NCBI GenBank assembly: GCA_044892525.1
Contig: CM097885.1
Coordinates: forward strand, 185,442,001 to 185,506,000
From: Schmidtea polychroa
Lineage: Eukaryota
DNA: 64,000 bases
Direction: 5' to 3'
The position numbers and the translations under genes were made by a program. Shown here piece after piece: positions 1 through 10,366 of this stretch. Below the pieces are notes generated by a model, which was given only the letters and a program-made list of their open reading frames with translations, was not told the DNA's origin and ran no database searches. Position 1 is the first letter of the stretch. Each line of letters starts with the position of its first letter.

Positions 1-7
1 TTTCTTT

Positions 8-355
8 TTGTTTGATGATGATAATGAAAGAATGAAATGGTTTGTGAAATGTGATTATAATAGTAAGCTTGAAAAGGGTGATGTTATAATGACTAGTTAT
101 GATTTACCACACGGAAATTGGTATGTTAATACTCATTCACATGGACTACATAAAGTTAAAAGTAAGAATATTCATTTTTCTAGTTCACTTGTACAATATA
201 TAGATTTAATATTTTATGAAAAAAAGGTTGATGTTGATGAAGTTCGTAAAGCATTGAGAGAATTGTATAAAGATATCCTCTCAACAAGAGTTTCTTTTGA
301 TATCCGAGTATTGGTGCCAGATGGTGCTCAGAAGAATAAAGTCTTATTTTTTTAA
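8..355 (+). CDS. Hypothetical protein, probably part of the Maverick/Polinton element (may extend upstream of the window)
   Basis: 115-aa ORF ending 8 bp before the gasderminX-like ORF on the same strand, with intronless virus-like packing; no motif recognised. Confidence 0.4.
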   Translation: MFDDDNERMKWFVKCDYNSKLEKGDVIMTSYDLPHGNWYVNTHSHGLHKVKSKNIHFSSSLVQYIDLIFYEKKVDVDEVRKALRELYKDILSTRVSFDIRVLVPDGAQKNKVLFF

Positions 356-363
356 TTATTAAA

Positions 364-960
364 ATGGAAGAAGTAAGAGAAGAAAAAATTTACCCAGAAT
401 TGAGATCATCAAGATATTATTCTTCCAAGGCCTCGGCTCCCACAGAACTTGAAATTATGAGAGTAAAAGAATTTAAATCAGAAACCTTACATTTAAAAGA
501 TTTATTAAAGCATTATAAAAAAATTAAAAATAGATGGAATAAAGGGAATACAGTTTTAAAAGTTATAGGTTATTCTTTAGGATTTGCATCTGCAATATTA
601 ACAGTTATTTTACCCATAACTTTACCAGTTGTTACTCTTGCACCTGTAATACTTGGAAGTATTTCTGTGGCTGATGGTTTCTTAACTGAAATAGTTTCAT
701 TATCTTATACTTCTAAAAAGAAAAGTTTATATAGAGAAGTTTGTTTATCAATAGAATTAGGAATCTCTAAATTATTTTTATTTCAATTAAAAGCTTTGGA
801 AGATGGAATCCTGACAGACGAAGAAATAATGAAATCAAATCAAATAATACAAGATATAAAGAATGAGGTTATAAGATTAAAAAGGGAGGGCATGGTGGCT
901 AATGTTATAAGTAATAAAAAAACATCTCGAGAAAAATGGTTAAAGAATTCTTACTTATAA
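364..960 (+). CDS. Maverick/adintovirus conserved membrane-active protein (gasderminX-like)
   Basis: Starts with IYPEL, then a basic helix (HYKKIKNRW), a long hydrophobic hairpin (VLKVIGYSLGFASAILTVILPITLPVVTLAPVILGSISV), and ends with SKLFLFQLKALEDGILTDEEI. This is the pattern of the Polinton/adintovirus 'gasderminX' ORF. It is convergent with pPolB. Confidence 0.7.
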   Translation: MEEVREEKIYPELRSSRYYSSKASAPTELEIMRVKEFKSETLHLKDLLKHYKKIKNRWNKGNTVLKVIGYSLGFASAILTVILPITLPVVTLAPVILGSISVADGFLTEIVSLSYTSKKKSLYREVCLSIELGISKLFLFQLKALEDGILTDEEIMKSNQIIQDIKNEVIRLKREGMVANVISNKKTSREKWLKNSYL

Positions 961-1054
961 AATGGGTGTATTTTTAAAAAAGTAGATCAGGTTGCTATAG
1001 TTGCTTAAATTAATTGTCGACATTTTATTATTAAAAAATTAAATATCGTTGGTT

Positions 1055-4000
1055 TCAGTTATGGTTGAAAGCCAACCTATGAATCATTAATTTATGATCT
1101 TTAAATTCTTTATCACTTAGACCTTTTATATATTCAGGATCAGTATTAAAATATTTAAGTTCTAAACATATAGGATTAAAAACATGAGAACATAAAGGTT
1201 TCTCGATTTCTCTCTCGGGATAAATAATTTCAACATTATAAATATCAAGATCAGTAATCTTTGTATCATATAACTTATTCAACTTTTCTAGATTTTTTAT
1301 TATAGGGATTAAATTATTTCCAATAGGTAGAGTTGTCTTTAAATCACTTAGTATGAATCTCTTATCATCATAATTTGATAATGATACTTTTTGAGATTCT
1401 ATCAAGTGAATATCATGGTTTTCACTTTTAAGTTGATGTATTTCATCAATTTTATCTTTATGATTTGGATTCAATGTATCTATATAATCTTGATGAGAAA
1501 GATTCTTTGCAACCACTCTCTGTATTCCTTTACATCTGTTATCCTTTACAGGTTTTTCTTCTTGTCTCTCTGGTCCTTTAGGAAATATAGGATATCTATG
1601 TGTAATGGTTTCTTCTGTTTCTGGAGTTTTAAATATAAATGATCTAGTTATAAATTCAGGGTTTCTAAATGTTTCGTATGAATATTGTTTAGCACGAATA
1701 AATATTCCATTTTCTATAGGAGTAAAAGGTTTTTCATCTTTAAACGAAAATAGTTCTCCAGATGAATTTATTAAATTTGAAAGTATAGGATTTTCTTTCA
1801 TATCTTTTTGTAAATCATGAGTTCTTATTGTTAAAAACATTGAATCTGTATCCATTGCATGCATTGATATATTTGCTCCGTATATAGGTTGTAAGATGTT
1901 ATAATATGTTTCATACATTTGTAATTTTGAAAGTTCTAAAATTGTAAACCCTATAAATATTGGTTTGTTATATGTTTTCTCATAATTTTTTAATTCTACT
2001 GCAGTAAGATTTTCAGAAAATACTTGTGCGTTTTTAAATGTAGGCTTTCCTAGCATGCGATTATAACGCTTAATATCTTTGGTAGTATTTGTTAGGAGTT
2101 CAATATGAGTATATTTATCAACATTCTCCATTGTTTTCCCAAAGACTGAATTGTTTAAAATTTTATAATTATTATCTTTAAAAAGATTACCTTCTCTTTT
2201 TGCAATGTTTCGGCACCTAATGTTCTCCTCGATAAAAGCTTTCATGAATGGAGTTTGTTTAAATCTTATGACACTATGAACTTTTTTTAATATCATTCCT
2301 CGTGAAAGATAAAATTGGAGGAGTCTATAGTGACAAAGATAAAACCTTCGATCTGTTTGATCACAAAGAAGTTTCATTGTTGGAGGTTTATCTTGTGAGA
2401 TTTGCCATTCAGAAAGTTCGTTGATATCAATCTTTCTTCTTATGGGAGCTAAAGGAAAATATCTTGTTCCTGATTTTATATCATCTGGATAGTCGAGGTT
2501 GCATTCTATAAAGTAACCTATTGGAGAATCTTTCGATGTTGAAAGTATTTCTTTCATAAGGTCATCTGTTGGGTTCTCTATTTCAGTGAAATCACCCATT
2601 GGTAAAAATTGAGTCATAATTCCTGAATATAAAGCTGTTGCATCTATATAAAGTATAAATATAGGATTTTTCATTGTTTCTAATAATTCTTTTAATTCCT
2701 CATTGTTAATTTTCATATATGGATCATCAGGGTGTTTAGATAGTCTTCGGCTAGTAGTTATTGCATTTCTAGCTTTTATTTCTCTATTCCCCATTACTGA
2801 AGAGACTCCTCCTCTAATGTTTGTTTTAATTTGGTTAAACATATCGAGGTTAGTTAAAAGATCTATAATTTTATCACCTTCTTGTATATTTGAAGTCCAA
2901 ATGGTATATAACATAGTATCCCAAGCTAAAGAGGGTGCAGTTATATAATTATAAGGTTTAAGAACAAAAGATTTTGTAAATTCTTCAAAGCAATCTGCTA
3001 GAATATAAACATCCAAGGATAAATACATACTTGTATATTCTCCTAAAGTTTTACACTTGAATAATTCCCACATTTTATTTGCTCGAGAATATTCTTGATT
3101 TGTAATATGATTTTTTTGAAGTTGTGAATAGAAATCTTCTTGGCTAGGAAGACTTGTTTCATTATATCTTTCAAACGAGTCAACATAGTCATAAGGATAT
3201 ATTCCTTTTGCTAAACATGTAGGATATTCTTCTAGAGGAATATTATTTTTTTCCAAGAATTCTCGAGTGATTTTAAAATTTTCTGGTTTCATTGTTTTTG
3301 CTACTGCATCTAAAGACATTTGGAGAAAGTTTAACGAGTCTATAAATTTTAATTTTCCATATTCAATTGATTTATATTTTTCCTTTGTTAAGCCGATAAC
3401 TTTGAAAGAGTTTTTAGCATTTGCTGCGAGGTGTTTAATAAATAGATGTATGTCATATCCAAAAAGATTATGAAATATAACAGGTATAAATTTAGGAGTA
3501 TGGCAATTAAGATTGCAATTTTTATGAGCTGCTCCTCGATAATTATTTTCCTTTTTTAAATGATCATGATCTATAACTTTTTCATCAGGAAGAATATTCT
3601 GTTTACACATCCAACAGTTGGAAGTATTTTCATATTCTTGTTGTTGTTGATTAGAAATATTTTGAGGATACTTTGTTTTTAATATTTTAAATATTTCATG
3701 TTCTAGATCATTTATATTTTTAGTAAAATGATTCAAGACTTCTTCAGGGGTACCTCCTAGAATTGAATATTCTCTAGATTCTATGAGTTCAGGATAATTA
3801 CTTTTAAATAATAATTTATAAGCAGATGGTAATTGTTTAGTTTTTTTAACACTATTAGGTTTATTTCTTTTTCTTAGAAAGGCTTTCATCCTCTCTGGTT
3901 TCATCTTCTCTCCTGAGGAGTTCCATAAATCCATGAGTTTATTTTTTTCTATTATTTTTAAATATTGATAAACCAAATCTTGTTCATGGTTTATAGATTC

Positions 4001-5389
4001 AAAGTCACCATAAAGAACTCCAACTGTTTGTAGTAAATTTGAAAAGTTTTTAAAATACATCTTGGGACTATTAGGCATTTTAATTAAAGCTGGATCATCT
4101 TTTTCACAAAATCTTGTATGTTTAATCATAGAGTTTTTAGTTATTGAATAATGAAGACATCTTTTACATGTTCCTCCTCCACTAGTTGGATTCTCTGGTG
4201 ATGTAAAAGCTTGAAAGTTTTTTATTAAAACATAATGTTGATTATTTTGTTGTTCCAAGATTAAAAGATATATCTCGTTGTCCTGTGCTCCGTTATCCTT
4301 GGTTCCACTATCTGAAATATAAATTGGAATAATTTCTTTCCCTATAACATGTTCATAAATATTAAGTTTAAGATTATTTAATTTTTCAAATTCTGGAATG
4401 TCTTCTAGTTTCATTGGGTGTTTGAATCCTTTGGGAAATATTAATTCATTTTCATATTGTTTGTATCTTGAAACTCTTTGGGGATTTGTTGCTTGAGGAT
4501 GTAAATGTGCAAGTATTGACTAGATGAAACATTTGTTATCATTATTCTGTACATTTATAACATTTTTAGATTTAAAGGGTGTAGGAATATAAGATTTAGG
4601 ATTGGGTGGTAATCCTCTCCAATAATCAATCACTAAAGTTTGGAAAGAGTTGAATACTAAGTTTGAATCTCCTAATTCATTTTCTACTTCCTCTTGTTTT
4701 GCTTCTGCTGCTTTAATTATTTCTTTGATGGTTTTATCAAATCCTTTAATTGAAAATAAATATTTAAAAGGTATTCCAATTTCAACATCTAAGGGTGTTG
4801 TCTTTTCTTCTGCTCCTCGCCAGTATTTTGCTTTGATTATAATTTTATATTTTATAACATTATACCTTGTCGGTTTATAATTTTTTAAAGCTTCAGTGAA
4901 AGAATTTTTAATATTTTTTTTATTTTTATTTATATATTCTCCAGGAGTTGCAGGCCCATTAATTTTTAATTGAAATTCATCTATATGATTAAAATTATCC
5001 CAGTTATATTTTTCTCTTTCAACATGATCAGGTTCTCCTTCTGAATGACATTCCTCATCGTCAGAATTTTGTTTTTTATTTTTACATTCTTTTATATGTT
5101 CTAAATAATAGAAATTTAGTTTTGTTGAAAAGTTACAATGAGGACATGTAAATATTTCTCTATTTTTCCCGATACAATTTTCAAAATGTTTATTATATCC
5201 AGAATGTAGAAATCTTCCTTTACATTTAGGACAAACTTTTGAATTTGTATCATTAAGATTATTTTCTTTTAATAAATGAGCTTTCGATTTTAAGTGAGAA
5301 ATTAATCCAGTTTTATTTTTAAAAACTTTATTGCAAATATTACAATTCATTTTTAGAAAAAAATTTTTTATTGGATACCCTGTTTTCAT
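1055..5389 (-). pseudogene. Protein-primed family B DNA polymerase (pPolB) of a Maverick/Polinton, ~1444 codons, interrupted by one in-frame TAG at 4520-4522
   Basis: ORFs 4520..5389 and 1055..4414 are in the same frame and read INVQNNDNKCFI*SILAHLHPQATNPQRVSRYKQYENELIFPKGFKHPMKLEDI across the stop. Motifs present: N-terminal C2H2-like fingers, endonuclease-VII-like CWMC...DHDH...YRGAAHKNCN, ExoI GDFES, ExoII FHNLFGYD, ExoIII YLSLDVYILAD, PolA YIDATALY, PolB KILNNSVFGK, PolC MDTDS. Confidence 0.93.
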
Positions 5390-5457
5390 TTTATTTTTTA
5401 AGATTTATATTATTCATTTTTTATAATAAAAATTTAAAAAATGACAAAAAATCCAAA

Positions 5458-5539
5458 CCTTGATGGCGCAGTGGGCTAGACTGACACAGTGGTTCAAAAT
5501 GCTAGCGGTTCAAATCACATCTGAGGTTAGTTTTTTTTT
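5458..5539 (+). ncRNA. Putative tRNA-like Pol III transcription unit, copy 1
   Basis: A-box-like TGGCGCAGTGG, B-box-like GGTTCAAATC at tRNA-like spacing, then a T run immediately downstream. No clean cloverleaf could be folded. Confidence 0.45.
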
Positions 5540-5690
5540 CAACATAAAATAATATTAAAAATTTGAAAATAATATTGAAAATAGTGTGGGTATCTTATAT
5601 TTATAAAGTACTTGTATATTTTATTTTATTTATTTTATTTTATTTTATTTTTTTATAAATTAAAAATTAAAAAAATGACAAAAATCCAAT

Positions 5691-5772
5691 CCTAGATAGC
5701 GCAGTGGGCTAGACCGGCACCGTGGTTCAAATGGATAGTGGTTCAAATCACATCTGAGGTTAGTTTTTTTTC
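5691..5772 (+). ncRNA. Putative tRNA-like Pol III transcription unit, copy 2
   Basis: A-box-like TAGCGCAGTGG and B-box-like GGTTCAAATC. The 5' CCTAGAT can pair with the 3' ATCT(G)AGG. A T run follows. Confidence 0.45.
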
Positions 5773-6559
5773 AACATAAAATAATATTAAAAATTTGAAA
5801 ATAATATTGAAAATAGTGTGGGTATCTTATATTTATAAAGTACTTGTATATTTTATTTTATTTATTTTATTTTATTTTATTTTTTAGTAATTAATTATTT
5901 TTTAAACATAAATATGAAAAAAAAAATATTGAAACGGGTGATGGTGGCAAACCGGTAATTATCGCCACCTGTCTTTCGAACACCCCCGGATCGATCCCGG
6001 TAATGTGCACATTTATTTCTCAGTTGTTTTCGGACCTCTTTCGAATTCGCTTTCGAATTCATTTGTACTTTCGAGCAGCACACTTAAAACGCCGATGAAA
6101 TCGACTTCGTGAGCGAGAAGCGAATAATAAGGTGTGCTGCTATTATCGGATTGATTCTGATGTATGAGTCTGGCCAGCTTGTATATTGGAAGAGATTCGA
6201 TAAACGAAAGAGGTTGATAAATAAAAAAAATGATCCGGATCAAAAAAACTGTTGAGGGGACAGTGAAAAAAAAAATACCACTGTCCCCTCAGAGCAGTTT
6301 TACTATTTTTCATTTATTTTTTAATTTATATAATTTAAAATCAATAATCTGATAAAGATCAAATAGCCCTCTAACTTTTTCATAATGCCATTTTCTTTTC
6401 TATTCTCTTTTTAGTTTGAAGCTTTTGAGTTTGAGGCTTTAAAGATTAAAACAGTTAGAGTCATTAAGGGTGGTTGTTTTCAAAATATAGGGCTAAAATA
6501 CTATAAAAGTATAAGTTTTAGGTTGTTTTTCTAATAGCTTAAGTGATTTGGAGGCATGT

Positions 6560-7530
6560 TTTTGTTGGGGGGCTGTTTTGGTTGGGTATATAACCACACT
6601 ACTCGGATAAAACGAAAAACAAGATACCCTAGAAAACTTTAAAACACGGTTTTTACAAAATGGATACCCAAAGGAGTTCGTAGAAAAATACTTCTTGAGT
6701 GAATATAACTCTAATAGGCATGATACACAAAAGGAACATGTCAATAAGCGAGTAATATACCTACACTTCCCTTTTTTAAACAATAAGACATGTAACACAA
6801 TCAGAGCTTACATTCGCAATATGGTGCTGCCAGTTCATATTCGCCAAATTTTTATAACTGCTGCACCTTTGAAATCACAGCTTCGTAAGTCTCAAAAATC
6901 TCTAACATCAGACCTATTTCATCGAGATTGTATATGCCAATCCTCCACAAAATGTTTCTGCTTCTCAAAGAACATCCTTTACCAAATTACTTGCACAAGA
7001 TGTAACACATCGTACATAGGCGAAACACGTAGAACGTTTCAAACAAGACTCAACGAACACGTCAAGAGCAAAACCAGCAATTATCACGAACACTGGAAAA
7101 AAACCACAAATCAGCACCACTCTTACACGAAACAAATTGCAAAATGTTACAAGATGCGTTTAAAAACTCATTGCAAAGATTAGCCACTGAGACTCTTTAC
7201 ATCAAAAAACTTAAACCGTCCATCAACATTCAACAAAATTAATACTTAAATTAATATTTAATTAGATTTAAAATTAAAAAAATATTTAAAATTTAAAATA
7301 TAAAAAACGTTTTTTTTGCTAAAGAATTAAAAATTTAATTAAATTATAGAGTTTAAAATTTAAAAAAAATAGGAAATAATTTTTGGATAATTAAAATAAA
7401 ATATAAATAGAATATAGTTAAACCAATAAATTTATTATAAAATACTAAATTTATTATCCCCCAACAATAATTATTTAATGTAATAATGATCAAATTCATC
7501 TGAAAAAGGCAGTGCCGAAAATTTGTGAGT
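6560..7530 (+). mobile_element. Penelope-like retroelement (PLE) 3' remnant with GIY-YIG endonuclease
   Basis: NGYPKEF (end of the RT thumb) leads into ORF 6695..7183 with CFCFSKNILYQITCTRCNTSYIGETRRTFQTRLNEH (GIY-YIG). A frameshifted tail with a KKLKPSINIQ-like end follows, then a pLTR-like hammerhead at ~7494-7530. Confidence 0.8.
7494..7530 (+). ncRNA. Degenerate minimal type I hammerhead ribozyme in a PLE terminal repeat
   Basis: ATTCAT-CTGAAAA-A-GGC(AGT)GCC-GAAA-AT-TT-GTGAGT. Stem I is ATTCAT/GTGAGT (two G-U pairs), stem II is GGC/GCC, and the stem III core is palindromic AATT. The core CUGAnGA has G changed to A. Confidence 0.55.
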
Positions 7531-8135
7531 ATCAACTAATATCGATATATTACTAATTTATAGTCTTCAAACTCTCTTTTTAATTCAATGGATAAAATAA
7601 TCAGTGGTGAAATTGGAAGAAATAAAAGTTCTAATAATAAAAAGAAAAATATTATTATTAGCCCTCATCCTTTTAAAATTGTAAAATTAAATGAAGTTAT
7701 CTGATGATAATTTGGTTGAAATTCTTTCTGATAATCCTGATAAAATTCTTTCGGTTGACATTTTTTCAGACTCTGATAATAATTTATTACAAAATAACAA
7801 TGCGATTTCTAACATCTCTCATTCTATTATACCTATTGTTAGAAGCTAGAACATTCAATTCTTCTGTCATCATATAAATTACTAAGACTAAATAAATCCA
7901 AAATTATATTTCATTAAATCTGCTTATATAAACAAATATTCTTAGGACATTTTCTTTTTATAAATTTTAATTTCAACCAAATATCAACATATCACATTCA
8001 TAATTGAATTGCAATTTTATTAAAAATTAATATATTTCAAAATTAAAATTAAAATATTCATTTTAATTTTAAACCATTTTAATTCTAATTTATTTCAAAT
8101 AATTTAAGTTTCACTTTTAATTTTACAAAATTTAA

Positions 8136-8366
8136 CCTCTTAACCGGGGAACTTCTTTTTTAATTACGCAGCATATAACGGGCGCGCACTCTTTCACTAG
8201 GATGTGTCGAGACATGTATGGATGACCTAATAACGTTGATGTTCGAAAATATATGTTCCGCACGTTCCAGGGCGCAACATATATTTCAAGGACGTATTCA
8301 TATGTCCTACCCGTACCCGATATTGTCTACGTTTGACGTATTTATATGCCCCGCCCGGTTAACAGG
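8136..8366. mobile_element. piggyBac-type MITE (231 bp)
   Basis: TTAA at 8132-8135 and 8367-8370 flanks TIRs CCTCTTAACCGGG / CCCGGTTAACAGG (12/13 match). Confidence 0.75.
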
Positions 8367-8699
8367 TTAATCATGAAATAATTTTAATTTAACATTTTAA
8401 TTTCAACTCCTCACACCTATTATTAACCAATATGATGTATCGATTGCACCTATTGTTAATTTTGATTTAAATAAATCGCATAGAATGTTTCTCATTTAAA
8501 TTAAAAATCCGTTGATGTTCCCACACATCGTTGTTTGGACGGTTTTAAAAATAAGCTTTCTTTACTTAAACATAAGGGTTTGTGCGATAAAAATCAATTA
8601 GGGACCACTCTTTATACTTTGCCCTTAAATAAAAATTTACAATTTAATAATTTGGCTAAAACAGTGACTCCTCCTTTCGTTCGTTTTTTAGGCTGCCTT

Positions 8700-9900
8700 A
8701 CTTGCGGATGAGAGACATTTTCAAAGACATTTTTCAATCTCAGCAGGTCTACTTTTAATTAATAATTTTACTGGATAAAAAAATCATAAAAATCTTAGGT
8801 AGTTTGTGTAGATTGTGTAGTTAGGTTCCTTGATGAAATTAATAATATTAGTAATAATATAGTTTTTCCCCTTTTTAAAAATAATTATAAAATGAAAATA
8901 ACTATGACAACTGCTGATCGTCTTTCTTTTTATTCGGTAACTAAATGTTATCTGTGTAAGAAAACTTTAGCTGGCAAGGTTAGAGACGATGATCATTTTA
9001 TTTGTAATTTTTTGGGAGCAGCTTGTTTCACTTGAAATATTTCTAGACAATTAAAATTTGAATTTCCCATAGTTTTTCATAATTTAAGATAATATGACCT
9101 TCATCATATCCTCAAATCTGGTTTAAGTGATTTTAAATTTTTGGAAAATAAGTTGTATTCTTATAGCAAGTAAAAAGTTCCATTCTTTGGCTACAAGTAT
9201 CGGTGGATTAACTGTAAAATTCATTGAATCTTGACAATTCATTAATAGTTCATTAACCGAATCTGTCAAAACTTTAACGAGATCTGAGTTTGTAGGTAGT
9301 ATTGTTGACAGCAAATACATTTCCATATAATTTTACTACTTCTTTAGAAGTTTTAGAAAACACTTTTGAACTTCCACTAATTTGGGAAGGCGTGATTGAC
9401 ATTGAATGCAAAAAGGCGAAATCTATTTGGAAAGAAACCAATTGTGAGACTTTCTTCGATTATCTGATGGTTTATTTTAAACTTGATGTTTTTCTTTTGA
9501 CTACCTTTTCCAGCAATTTCGTTCAAAATCTTTAAATCACAACCGATTGGATCCACTTAATATTTACGGAATTCCCGATATGTCTTGGGCATCAGCTCTT
9601 ATTATTTTTGATCAACCTATCAAACTTCTCCAGGATATGGGGATGTATGATATTTTCGAAGGAGGATCCGTGGTGGATTAACTTTTGTTAACAAATATCA
9701 CGTAGTATCATCAGACACTACTGAATTATTATACATTGATAGAAATAATTTTTAAAGATGGACATTATCGCAAAAGTTACCTTATGATAATTTAAATGGG
9801 TTACCGATAATAATAAATTAATTAATTAAATTAAATCGATGGATTACTCCGGATTAAATTACAGCATTATGTAATTAATCCGAGGAGGAAGGAGAGGGGT
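8700..9900 (+). pseudogene. Second, heavily decayed Maverick-type pPolB remnant
   Basis: Broken-frame translation gives DCVVRFLDEI, KCYLCKKTLAGKVRDDDHF (endonuclease VII-like), FPIVFHNL..YDLH (ExoII), YLMVYFKLDVFLL (ExoIII), GIRGGLTFVNKYH and LLYIDRNNF (PolA). It has many stops and frameshifts and lies on the opposite strand to the first pPolB. Confidence 0.75.
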
Positions 9901-10366
9901 AGTGGCCTAGAAAAAGGGTTTTCAAGCCAAATATTCCATTAGTCTTANNNNNNNNNNNNNNNNNNNNNNNNNNNNNNNNNNNNNNNNNNNNNNNNNNNNN
10001 NNNNNNNNNNNNNNNNNNNNNNNNNNNNNNNNNNNNNNNNNNNNNNNNNNNNNNNNNNNNNNNNNNNNNNNNNNNNNNNNNNNNNNNNNNNNNTTATTTG
10101 TACGACTATCATTANNNNNNNNNNNNNNNNNNNNNNNNNNNNNNNNNNNNNNNNNNNNNNNNNNNNNNNNNNNNNNNNNNNNNNNNNNNNNNNNNNNNNN
10201 NNNNNNNNNNNNNNNNNNNNNNNNNNNNNNNNNNNNNNNNNNNNNNNNNNNNNNNNNNNNNNNNNNNNNNNNNNNNNNNNNNNATTATAAGATAAATAAG
10301 AATTAATAAGCAAGTATATATTTTCACAAATTTAATGGCACCACCTGCCACAAAAATAAAATTTGA

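Larger units (their letters stand above)
5440..5885 (+). repeat. Two tandem ~233-bp repeats, each with a tRNA-like head and a poly-T tract
   Basis: Heads start at 5458 and 5691 (233-bp spacing); the ~115-bp spacers after the T tracts are identical. Confidence 0.9.
1..6305. mobile_element. Terminal part of a Maverick/Polinton (adintovirus-like) endogenous element
   Basis: pPolB plus gasderminX-like ORF with no introns. pPolB points inward from a structured non-coding region (5390-6305), as expected near a terminus. The right boundary is uncertain because the partner TIR and TSD are not in the window. Confidence 0.75.

Noticed and set aside
5458-5772. Bona fide tRNA genes.
   Set aside because: The anticodon and T stems do not pair properly and no anticodon can be assigned; kept only as tRNA-like Pol III candidates.
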